Translations under genes and position numbers: made by a program
Shown here: piece after piece, positions 54,519 through 63,480 of the stretch
How positions within the stretch are numbered: the first letter of the stretch is position 1
Layout: each line of letters begins with the position of its first letter
Source: Alphaproteobacteria bacterium
GTDB taxonomy: Bacteria; Pseudomonadota; Alphaproteobacteria; Rs-D84
Direction of reading: 5' to 3'
Assembly: GCA_017502865.1 (NCBI GenBank)
Contig: JAFVUD010000002.1
Span: 7,238 to 71,237, forward strand
DNA: 64,000 bases
The notes under the pieces: generated by a model
Seen by the model: the letters and a program-made list of their open reading frames with translations, nothing else
Database searches by the model: none
What the model was told of the DNA's origin: nothing

Positions 54519-54625
54519 TTGAAAAATTTGGTGGTTTGTGGTATAATACCTGGGTTCAGCGGACGACATTTGGTCGTCTTTTTTATTGCCCGCAATTGCG
54601 GGTGTTTTTTATGGAGATTTTTATT

Positions 54626-55129
54626 ATGAAATTTAGTGAGAATGGTATTAAATGGTTAAAAAAATTGGAAGATTCCGTCGTGGTTCGTGAAAGACACATT
54701 ATCTATGATGATGCCACAGGTAAACCGGTGCCGGTGGGGGTGCCATTGCCGGTGGGTGCAACAATTGGTTATGGGCATTTGATAAAACCGGGTGAAGATT
54801 TTAAAAGCGGAATTACAGAACACCAGGCGGTTGAATTATTACGGTCTGACATAGCCACAGCAGAACGTGCGGTACAAGACAATATTACAGCACAAATGTC
54901 GCAAAACCAATATGATGCACTGGTATCTTTGGCATACAACATTGGTGTGGGTGGTTTTAAAAATTCTACGGTTGTGAAATATATAAACAATCCAAATTTT
55001 CACAGTAATATTTATCCATGTCTGGAATCTGCATGGAAAGCGTGGAAACGAAGCCAGGGGAAAGTATCACAGGGTTTAATCAACCGCAGACAAAAAGAGT
55101 GGGACCTGTATGCCCGGGGGATATACTGA
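54626..55129 (+). CDS. Phage-type lysozyme (GH24)
   Basis: FSENGI..LK.LE, IYDD, TIGYGH, QNQYDALVSLAYNIG, GLINRR..E. Confidence 0.9.
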   Translation: MKFSENGIKWLKKLEDSVVVRERHIIYDDATGKPVPVGVPLPVGATIGYGHLIKPGEDFKSGITEHQAVELLRSDIATAERAVQDNITAQMSQNQYDALVSLAYNIGVGGFKNSTVVKYINNPNFHSNIYPCLESAWKAWKRSQGKVSQGLINRRQKEWDLYARGIY

Positions 55130-55133
55130 TATG

Positions 55134-56432
55134 TTATTTCTTTAATATGTCGCTGGATTTTATATATTCGGGGTCGGTTTTCTTTAATTTCTTTTGTGCC
55201 AGTTTGGCATAGCGATGGGCATCTTTGGTTTTGCCCATCATTTGATAATATTCAGCCATTGCCCAATCGGCACGACCATCGTTTTCATCGTATGCACGTG
55301 CCAATGTCCAATATGTCAATGGGGCTGGTTCGGTCAATAATGCACGTTTACATAATTCAATGGCACGGGGCAAATCATCGGGCCGTCTGCGTTCGGTCAG
55401 TACCAGCGCAAGTGCGGTCTGGATTTGCGGTGCATCGTCCGCCAGGGACAATGATTTTTCGTATGCATCAATACTGGTATCATAATGGCCGAATTGGTAT
55501 TCAATATCGCCCAATAATTCATAAAAATATGGATTGTCGGGGTGGCGTGATATTAATGTGCGTGTTCCAACGCCGGCCCCGGCCAGATTTCCACCACGCA
55601 TATTTGCAATGGCACGGGCATAAATTGCAGGGTCTGATTTATCGGTTGATGGATATTTGATTTTTACATTTTCAAATGTGTCCAGGTATCCAATCAATTT
55701 TGCACGGACCAATTCATAGCGGTCATCACGTGCAGTTGTTGATTTTGGGGTGTAATTTGGGGCATGCTTGGCAATATATTCGGTGGCATTTTTCAATCGT
55801 TCACGTGTCAATGGGTGGTTTATGCGATTTGGATTTATGCGTGATTCCATTGCACCGGTTATTTCATCCATTTGTTCAAAGACAGTTATAAATCCATTTG
55901 GGTTCAGGTTTGATTTTATCATCAAATCAATCCCCAGATTATCTGCAATGCGTTCTTCGTCACGGGAAAATGCCATCATAGACGATGTGGCAACGCCCCC
56001 TGCCCCGGCCAAGACGCCCGCCCCCAGTGATGGATTGCCACCTGCAACCATTAATCCAATCCCCAGTGCCTGAATCAGCATTGTGCGTTTCATTTCGGCA
56101 TCCATACGTGATGATAACTGGGCCATGTGACCGCCGATGGTATGCCCCAATTCGTGTGCGATAACAGATTGAAGTGCATCTGGGTTTTTAATCTGTGTTA
56201 ACAATCTGGTGTTCACAAACACATCTTCGCCACCACGGACGAATGCATTAAAATCGTTATCGTTTATTATATGAACAGACAGACGATCGGGGGCGATATC
56301 TGCGGCATCGGCCAATGGGCGAACCAATTCATACAACAGGCGTTCGGTTTCTGTGTCATTAATCAGGGTTGCCCCCCATGTGGGGACAGAAACAATTATC
56401 GCCATTAAAAATGCAAATATTTTACGCACCAA
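55134..56432 (-). CDS. M48 metalloprotease with TPR (BepA-like)
   Basis: FNAF, VIAHELGH, FSRDEERIAD, HPL. Confidence 0.9.
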   Translation of the reverse strand: MVRKIFAFLMAIIVSVPTWGATLINDTETERLLYELVRPLADAADIAPDRLSVHIINDNDFNAFVRGGEDVFVNTRLLTQIKNPDALQSVIAHELGHTIGGHMAQLSSRMDAEMKRTMLIQALGIGLMVAGGNPSLGAGVLAGAGGVATSSMMAFSRDEERIADNLGIDLMIKSNLNPNGFITVFEQMDEITGAMESRINPNRINHPLTRERLKNATEYIAKHAPNYTPKSTTARDDRYELVRAKLIGYLDTFENVKIKYPSTDKSDPAIYARAIANMRGGNLAGAGVGTRTLISRHPDNPYFYELLGDIEYQFGHYDTSIDAYEKSLSLADDAPQIQTALALVLTERRRPDDLPRAIELCKRALLTEPAPLTYWTLARAYDENDGRADWAMAEYYQMMGKTKDAHRYAKLAQKKLKKTDPEYIKSSDILKK

Positions 56433-58482
56433 AACTTACCCCACGGTCAAACATATACATTAAATCAAATGTCCATGAATCCATTTCATTGTCACGGGCG
56501 GCATTAGATGCCAATTTGAATAAATCACGATGTTCACGATAGTCTGCAAAATGGTAATGCATCCAGCCACTTTGACGTGTCCCCAGCAATTCACCAACGC
56601 CACGCATCATTAAATCCTGTTCGGCGATGACAAAGCCGTCGTCTGTGTCACATAAAATATCTAAACGCTGTAACCCGGTGTCCGACAAATTATGTCCGTA
56701 CAGCAATATACAGAAAGACTGGGTATCGCCACGGCCAACACGTCCACGCAACTGGTGCAGTGCGGCCAGGCCAAATCGTTCGGCGTTTTCAATTACGATG
56801 ATTGATGCACGGGGGACATCAATGCCAACTTCGATAACAGTGGTGGCGACCAGCAGATTCATATTGGAATTGTTGTCTGCAAATTCAGTCATTACATCGT
56901 CACGCAATTTTTTATCCATTTGGCCATGGACCAGGCCAGCATTTGGAAAATATTTGGACAACATTTTATGACGTTCAACGACCGCTGTAATATTGCTGTC
57001 GGGGGCGTCTTCGTTTTCTTCGACCAGGGGGCATATCCAGAAAACCTTGGCCCCGGAAGTAATCTGGGGGGATATGCGGGCAATCAAATCATTGATGCGT
57101 GATACAGATAATTTGGTGGTGCGAATTGGTTTTCGACCGGCGGGCTTTTCATTTATAATCGAAACATCCATATCGCCATAGACCGTCATGGACAATGTGC
57201 GTGGAATCGGCGTTGCAGACAGTGATAACAGGTCGGGGTTTTCGCCCTTGGCCCGCAGGGATTCACGTTGGGCCACGCCAAAGCGATGCTGTTCATCAAT
57301 TATAACCAGCCCCAGGTCTTTGTATTCTACATCGGTGGAAAACAATGCGTGGGTGCCGACAACAATGCGGGTACGCCCCGAACGCAGTGATGTCAATTTT
57401 TCACGACGGGCGACACCTTTGTCACGGCCGGTCAGGATATCACACACAATGCCAATTTTATCGCACATTGGTTTTAATTTTGCAAAGTGCTGCTGGGCCA
57501 ATGTGTCGGTTGGGGCCAGTAATGCGGTACAGGCACCCGTTTCGGCCATACGGACCGCCGCCGCCAGGGCGACAATTGTTTTACCACTGCCAACGTCACC
57601 CTGGACCAGGCGCATCATCGGGACAGGCCGGGCCAGGTCTGCGAATATTTCATCGCATGTGCGTTTCTGGGCGCCGGTCATTTCAAATGGCAGGCACGAC
57701 CAGAATTTATCCATTAAATTATATTTGCGGGCACGTGGTGTGCGGTGGTTGCGAACATCGCTGCGGTTGCGGCGACTGATTGCGATGGCGGATTGGTGTG
57801 CCAATAATTCAAAGTATGCCAATTTCGCCATATATGTTGAATTAGGCAATAAATCATCTGCAGTTGTGGGACAATGGACATGTTGCAGGGCATCGAAAAA
57901 TTCAACAACACGTTCATCGGTTTCGCCACGTAGTTTTTCAGGCAAAACGGCAAAAATCTGGTCACGAACATTGGCAAAGACACGCTGGGTCAAACCTTCG
58001 CCAGATGGATAGATAACCTGAAGCGATGGGATTTTTGATGCGTGGTCCAGGTCTTCGATAAAGTCGGGGTGGCTGATTGTGGGGCGGGATGTGCGTTCCA
58101 GTTTCCCAGACACCATACGCCATTGGCCAACCGGTAATTTTTTCAACCAGTATTCCAGATAATTCACATTAAAAAATTGAATAATAACGGTGCCACCCAT
58201 TTTGTCATTACACATAATCTGGGTCGGGCGACGACGGCCACGAAAGAATCCACCAACCTTGTGCGATTTGACCAGTAATGGAATCGTAATTATATCGCCC
58301 GGTGTCGCATCAGCAATATTTTCAGTAATGTCACGGGCACGGGTATAGGACGGACGGTGCAATAAAAAATCCAGAACACGGCGACCACCCAGAACATCTT
58401 CAAAACGTGAAGCCAATACAGGCCCCACCCCACGAATAAATTGCAGGTCTGTGTTTAGAAAATCTATTAGTGCGTTCTTCAT
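56422..58482 (-). CDS. recG: ATP-dependent DNA helicase RecG
   Basis: QGDVGSGKT, DEQHRFGV, SATPIPRTL, ERFGLAALHQLRGRVGR, DL..RG.GE.LG.RQSG. Confidence 0.97.
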   Translation of the reverse strand: MKNALIDFLNTDLQFIRGVGPVLASRFEDVLGGRRVLDFLLHRPSYTRARDITENIADATPGDIITIPLLVKSHKVGGFFRGRRRPTQIMCNDKMGGTVIIQFFNVNYLEYWLKKLPVGQWRMVSGKLERTSRPTISHPDFIEDLDHASKIPSLQVIYPSGEGLTQRVFANVRDQIFAVLPEKLRGETDERVVEFFDALQHVHCPTTADDLLPNSTYMAKLAYFELLAHQSAIAISRRNRSDVRNHRTPRARKYNLMDKFWSCLPFEMTGAQKRTCDEIFADLARPVPMMRLVQGDVGSGKTIVALAAAVRMAETGACTALLAPTDTLAQQHFAKLKPMCDKIGIVCDILTGRDKGVARREKLTSLRSGRTRIVVGTHALFSTDVEYKDLGLVIIDEQHRFGVAQRESLRAKGENPDLLSLSATPIPRTLSMTVYGDMDVSIINEKPAGRKPIRTTKLSVSRINDLIARISPQITSGAKVFWICPLVEENEDAPDSNITAVVERHKMLSKYFPNAGLVHGQMDKKLRDDVMTEFADNNSNMNLLVATTVIEVGIDVPRASIIVIENAERFGLAALHQLRGRVGRGDTQSFCILLYGHNLSDTGLQRLDILCDTDDGFVIAEQDLMMRGVGELLGTRQSGWMHYHFADYREHRDLFKLASNAARDNEMDSWTFDLMYMFDRGVSFGA

Positions 58483-58534
58483 ATATATAAAATTTAGTGA
58501 ATTTGGGGCATTTATTCAACATTAAAAATTTTAG

Positions 58535-59260
58535 ATGCTTGACAGTGACGGATTGTGTGCCTATTATTGCCCAGAAATGAAAGAAAGATATGATTTTCCG
58601 CCACATATTTGGAATTGGGACACGATGCCAGACGAAGAAGCACGCCATTGGGCACTGTGCGGGACGGTGTCGGGGAAACTGGTTGAAAGATGGAATTTAA
58701 ATTCGCAGCCTGGGGTGGCACCACGGGTGCTGGATCTGGGGTGTGGGATGGGACGCAATTCGTTGGCAATGGCACAAAGCGGAATGGATGTTTATGGGCT
58801 GGACATAGATGAAAAGCCATTGAATACGGCAAAGAATACGGCACGCAAAATGAAACAGGACATTAAATATGTTCAGGGGGATATGCGGGATATGCCATTT
58901 GAAAGTGGCTTTTTCGATGCGGTATTTGCAGATAATATATTAACACTGACGTCACATATGGGGTTGGCACAGACAATGGATGAAATTCACCGCGTATTAA
59001 GATTTGGTGGCGAAGCGTTTATGGTATTCACAGATAAAACGATGCCGGTGTTGCAAAACGGACGAATGGTTGACCAGAATACAATTATGTTAAATGTGCA
59101 GTATGGTTCGCACAGTGCAGTGGCAAATTTTGTTGATGACAACAGTTTGAAAAATGTTTTGCGTGGATTTTCGGTTCTGGATAAAACGGGAAAAATTCAT
59201 GGGTACAATCCAGATATATTTCATCACTTTATTTTAGCGTTAAAAAATAAGCAAAGATAA
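58535..59260 (+). CDS. Class I SAM-dependent methyltransferase (start uncertain)
   Basis: VLDLGCGMGRN, YGLDI, GDMRDMPF..FFD, EIHRVLRFGG. Confidence 0.88.
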   Translation: MLDSDGLCAYYCPEMKERYDFPPHIWNWDTMPDEEARHWALCGTVSGKLVERWNLNSQPGVAPRVLDLGCGMGRNSLAMAQSGMDVYGLDIDEKPLNTAKNTARKMKQDIKYVQGDMRDMPFESGFFDAVFADNILTLTSHMGLAQTMDEIHRVLRFGGEAFMVFTDKTMPVLQNGRMVDQNTIMLNVQYGSHSAVANFVDDNSLKNVLRGFSVLDKTGKIHGYNPDIFHHFILALKNKQR

Positions 59261-59286
59261 AACCGCCCGAAATGGGCGGTGTTTTG

Positions 59287-59544
59287 TTATTTAATGACGG
59301 CGGATTTAATAAGACGAATGTCTTCTTGGATGCCGTCTATTTTTATTTGAATTTGGCCAATACCGGTTTCCAGGACAGTGGTGCGATTTTCCAGCGCAGT
59401 TATGCGATGGTCTGCACGTTCCAGTTCCGCCAGGGATGAATCCTGGCGGGCAACCCAATATATCGCACCAGCAACAAAGGCAATTAAAAACCAACTGTCA
59501 CGCAGGGTGTCCAGAATACCGGCCGGCCCCATTTGTATCGACAT
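59287..59544 (-). CDS. Small TM + coiled-coil protein in phage-like operon
   Basis: WFLIAFVAGAIYWV then heptads RITALENRTTVLE. Confidence 0.7.
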   Translation of the reverse strand: MSIQMGPAGILDTLRDSWFLIAFVAGAIYWVARQDSSLAELERADHRITALENRTTVLETGIGQIQIKIDGIQEDIRLIKSAVIK

Positions 59545-59545
59545 T

Positions 59546-59737
59546 TTAAGGTTCCATTTTTGTTAAGTTTTCTATTTGATGAACCAATGCACGTTGTGAT
59601 TCCAGACTGCGTAATTGGGATTCTGTTGCGTTGGGGCCCAAAACACGTTCTATGGTTATTTTACGCAGGTGGGCCAATACCGCACGACCCGATGGGGTTG
59701 AAAATGTGCGGGCATAGTTTTTAGAAATGTTTTCCAT
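59546..59737 (-). CDS. Bbp19-like phage protein (portal-adjacent)
   Basis: YARTFSTPSGRAVLAHLR...EsQRalV..I pattern typical of the gene after podophage portals. Confidence 0.7.
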   Translation of the reverse strand: MENISKNYARTFSTPSGRAVLAHLRKITIERVLGPNATESQLRSLESQRALVHQIENLTKMEP

Positions 59738-59742
59738 ATTGT

Positions 59743-60972
59743 TTAGATTCCTGATACGCTTTCAATTGCAACCATCTGGGCGATTGGGGCAATGTATTTT
59801 AATTCGGCATCGCTGTGCAATGATATTGGTTCAATCACACCACGGCGGGATAATATCTGCAAACCACGTTCGCATAATGGGCGGATGAATTCGTGCAGCA
59901 ATCGGCCATATGTCGCCCCCAGGATTCGCATCATGTCTGAATTGCGGGCCATAATTTCGGTGGCGGTCATTTCTTTTTCACTTAGCAATCCCAGACGGTC
60001 TGCCAATAATGCATGGCGGATACGTTCACGCAGATCTTTAAGGATAATTTGTGAAACATCAAAGTCTGCACCACTGGCCAATGGGGTCAGGCCAGATGAA
60101 CCGACCGCTTTGGGGATAATCGCACCAGGGGTCAGGTTGATGTTATTCAGGTTGATAACACCATCATCGTCGGCCTGCCATATGCCAGATACGGCGATGG
60201 TTGCATTCTTTAACACCAATTCAACGACTTTGTTCGCGGTTTTTATGTCTGGCAATGCACGCAGCACTGGGCCACGACCGTACAATTCACCAGATACAAC
60301 CGACCAACGGAATATCAGGTATGGATTCGTTTCAAATGTGCCGGTTGCAACGATATTGTTTTCAAATTCACCACCAACATCCAGCCATGCGGTAAAGTCA
60401 CATCCAACCAGACTTTGTACCAAACGCAATGGGGTTTCTGGATTTTGTTTAATCGTATCACGCAGGCCCACCGGTGGTGTCCATGTTGGATATTTGGCCA
60501 TGACTTCGTGGGCGGGCATGGTTGCTGTGTGAAAGACGGCATTCGGTAAAATCGCAATGTCGTTCATCGGGATAGATGTAAATGTAAATGCAGATGATGC
60601 ACCAATTGGATTTTCAGCCATAAACAAACAGGCCGTTCCCAGAACGACTAAATCCATATAGCACTGGTGAATGGTTGTATAAAAATTTGAATCATTCAAA
60701 TTCGCACGCAATGCGTCTGTGGCAATCTGGGCATCGGGTGATTCCAGACTTTCTGGCACCAGATTCAGCCATAATGATTCAGGTGGTGTCAGCAATGTGT
60801 ACAATGATGCCGCCAGATTGTCTGCTGCATCGGCGGCGGTGGCATCAAACAGGGTTGCAGATTCATCATCGGCCGTTGGCATTGTATAGCGGCGGGCCGA
60901 TTCCCATCTGGAAATCCACGGGGCACGAATGTCCAATGCGTGGCGATACATCTGGGGCAAGTTTTGTTGCAT
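59743..60972 (-). CDS. Podovirus-type portal (head-tail connector) protein
   Basis: FDATA, LAASL, SNFY, DLVVLGTA, RW....GELYGRGP, MTATEI, LG..YGRL..E. Confidence 0.9.
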   Translation of the reverse strand: MQQNLPQMYRHALDIRAPWISRWESARRYTMPTADDESATLFDATAADAADNLAASLYTLLTPPESLWLNLVPESLESPDAQIATDALRANLNDSNFYTTIHQCYMDLVVLGTACLFMAENPIGASSAFTFTSIPMNDIAILPNAVFHTATMPAHEVMAKYPTWTPPVGLRDTIKQNPETPLRLVQSLVGCDFTAWLDVGGEFENNIVATGTFETNPYLIFRWSVVSGELYGRGPVLRALPDIKTANKVVELVLKNATIAVSGIWQADDDGVINLNNINLTPGAIIPKAVGSSGLTPLASGADFDVSQIILKDLRERIRHALLADRLGLLSEKEMTATEIMARNSDMMRILGATYGRLLHEFIRPLCERGLQILSRRGVIEPISLHSDAELKYIAPIAQMVAIESVSGI

Positions 60973-60996
60973 ATTAAATACTCCTTTGGTTGTTTT

Positions 60997-61845
60997 TTAG
61001 ATTTGAAAATTTGTATTTGCAGAATATGTGCGGGCGGTTGAACCCAATGGGTGGACGGTTATCGGCGGACATGAAATCGCACCGGCAACCGCATCCAGGC
61101 CATCGTCGTGCCCCACCCCACCCATTGGCGACCAACCCAACATTTCTGAAAACAGTGGGGTGGATGCCAGGTGGGCATGGGCATACAGGTGGCCAGATGA
61201 CAACAATGGTTCAATCGCATCCAAAATGCGGTCTGATTTATTGCGGGTGTTAATAATCTTGTGAACATAGATGTTCGCACCACGATTACTGGCGGCATCA
61301 CGCATAATTTCAGGTAATGCGTTTCCAATGCCGTTCGTTTCGATTGATATACGGCGAATGTTGTGTTGCATCATAAAATCCAGAACCATTTCACACTGGT
61401 GCATTAATGGGTGCGTATCGTTATCGTCAACGTTCATGTACAATATGTCATGAATGAACACATTGCGATTGTGGTCATCACGGTATATCAAAACACACAC
61501 ACTGTCGTCAGATTTGCGGCGACCGCTGGATGGGTCCCAATACATGGAAACGCCTGTTATTAATTGCCCATCCAGCCGGGCAGAATGTAAATCAAACACC
61601 GATTCGTATATTTTTAGCCCACCAGGATCCAAACGAATGCGATCAGGCGGCACAAATTCCAACAGCATTTGTGCAGAAAAGTGCCGGTGACCGACCGATT
61701 GACGCATTGTTTCGATACGACCTGGGGAAAACACTTCGGGCCAGACAGAATTCCCATCGGGGTCCAACACCGGAATCTTTAATGCCCGAAATCCGCCCAA
61801 AAAAGGCGTTGAAAAACGAAAATTTTTATATACTATATTTGACAT
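60997..61845 (-). CDS. Terminase large subunit C-terminal nuclease domain (no ATPase domain)
   Basis: WPE.F, F.AQM, WDPS..D.S, IETNG, K..RI, HDDGLDA; no Walker A/B in ORF. Confidence 0.8.
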   Translation of the reverse strand: MSNIVYKNFRFSTPFLGGFRALKIPVLDPDGNSVWPEVFSPGRIETMRQSVGHRHFSAQMLLEFVPPDRIRLDPGGLKIYESVFDLHSARLDGQLITGVSMYWDPSSGRRKSDDSVCVLIYRDDHNRNVFIHDILYMNVDDNDTHPLMHQCEMVLDFMMQHNIRRISIETNGIGNALPEIMRDAASNRGANIYVHKIINTRNKSDRILDAIEPLLSSGHLYAHAHLASTPLFSEMLGWSPMGGVGHDDGLDAVAGAISCPPITVHPLGSTARTYSANTNFQI

Positions 61846-63412
61846 GGACTTTACTCCCAAAACTTTGCCAACAAATCTTGAAGCAGAACAGGCGATTCTG
61901 GCGGCGGTGTTGATGAACAACCGTGCGTTGGAACGGGTGTCTGAATTTCTGCGGGCGGAACATTTTTCGCATCCTGCACACCAGGAAATTTACAAGTTGG
62001 CCGAACGTCAATTCGCAGCCGGTATCCCATTTGATATTATTACCGCCAAGACATACCTGGAACAGCAGGGAACACTGGAATCTGTGGGCGGGGTCGATTA
62101 TTTGACACAACTGTCCAGTGCCGGTGCAACTGTTGTGAACGTTGAACAGTGGGCACGGTGTGTGTACGAAAACGCACAAAGACGTGATTTGATTAACCTG
62201 GCCCAGGATATTATGGATGGTGCGTTTGTCGAAGATCTGGAAAACCCGGTGACCCGACAAATCGAGATGGCGGAACAAAAACTGTTCGATATGGCGTCCA
62301 AGGGTACGTCCGAACGTGATACAGTTTCTATTGCAACCGCATTGCAGGCCGCATTGGCAGAAGCAGAAACAGCATATAAAGCAGATGGACAATTATCTGG
62401 GTTGACAACAGGGTTGACGGCACTGGACCAATCAATCAGTGGGCTGCACCATTCCGATTTGATTATTATTGCGGGACGTCCAGCGATGGGTAAAACCACA
62501 CTGGCGATGAATATGGCGTTTAATGCCGCAAATGCAATTTATCATGGGCGGGCAAATAAAAATTACAAGGGTGCAGTTATTTTCTTTAGTTTGGAAATGT
62601 CACATTCACAGTTGGCAACACGTGTGCTGTCGTCCCAGGCCAAGATTTCAGCATCGTCTATTCGTGAAGGTAAAATTACAGACGAAGATATGCTGAAACT
62701 GACACAGTACGCAGAAATTATCAGTAAATTACCATTGTGCATCGATGACTATCCAGGGATGAGTGTTCCAATGATGCGAACACGTGCACGTAAAATTGCA
62801 CGTAAATATGGTGGGGTCGCATTGATTGTTGTTGACTATCTGCAATTGATGACATCACCAGGTGGCAAACACAATGACAATCGTGTTCAGGAAATTTCCG
62901 AAATTACCCGTGGACTGAAAATGCTGGCCAAGGAATTGGATGTGCCGGTTATCGCACTGTCCCAGTTGTCACGTAGTGTTGAACAGCGTGATGATAAAAG
63001 ACCACAGTTGGCAGACTTGCGTGAATCTGGTTCTATTGAACAGGACGCTGACATTGTTATGTTCACGTACCGTGAAGAATACTATTTACAGAATCGTAAT
63101 CCGTCTGAACGTATTTCAAATACAACCAACAATGCAATGGTTGAATCATGGCAAAAACGTTATGAACAATCCCGTGGCAAGGCTGATATTATCATTGGCA
63201 AAAACCGTCATGGACGTCCAGAAACAGTACGCACAGCGTTCTTGGGCGATTACAGTTTGTTCGACAATCTGCCAGATGATATGGAAGTGCGTGGGGGCAA
63301 TCCATTTGATGATGCCGCACCACCACCGGTGCCTGCGACCAGTTTGGGTGATGACGAAGTGGCACCAACGCCAATCGACATTGATGAAATCCCAGATGAT
63401 TTGCCATTGTAA
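61844..63412 (+). CDS. dnaB: Replicative DNA helicase
   Basis: AEQAIL, AGRPAMGKT, FSLEM, VDYLQL, ALSQLSR, DLRESGSIEQDAD, KNRHG. Confidence 0.98.
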   Translation: MDFTPKTLPTNLEAEQAILAAVLMNNRALERVSEFLRAEHFSHPAHQEIYKLAERQFAAGIPFDIITAKTYLEQQGTLESVGGVDYLTQLSSAGATVVNVEQWARCVYENAQRRDLINLAQDIMDGAFVEDLENPVTRQIEMAEQKLFDMASKGTSERDTVSIATALQAALAEAETAYKADGQLSGLTTGLTALDQSISGLHHSDLIIIAGRPAMGKTTLAMNMAFNAANAIYHGRANKNYKGAVIFFSLEMSHSQLATRVLSSQAKISASSIREGKITDEDMLKLTQYAEIISKLPLCIDDYPGMSVPMMRTRARKIARKYGGVALIVVDYLQLMTSPGGKHNDNRVQEISEITRGLKMLAKELDVPVIALSQLSRSVEQRDDKRPQLADLRESGSIEQDADIVMFTYREEYYLQNRNPSERISNTTNNAMVESWQKRYEQSRGKADIIIGKNRHGRPETVRTAFLGDYSLFDNLPDDMEVRGGNPFDDAAPPPVPATSLGDDEVAPTPIDIDEIPDDLPL

Positions 63413-63480
63413 TTATTTTACTTGCCAAAGTCCTGAAAATTGACTAATATTTTGTCAAGATTGCTTTAAGGAGTTATGCA

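Noticed and set aside
54295-61845. Intact prophage integrated at tRNA-His extending to the terminase
   Set aside because: The duplicated tRNA end is only 174 bp away, and core genes (bepA-like, recG) lie between the phage-like genes.
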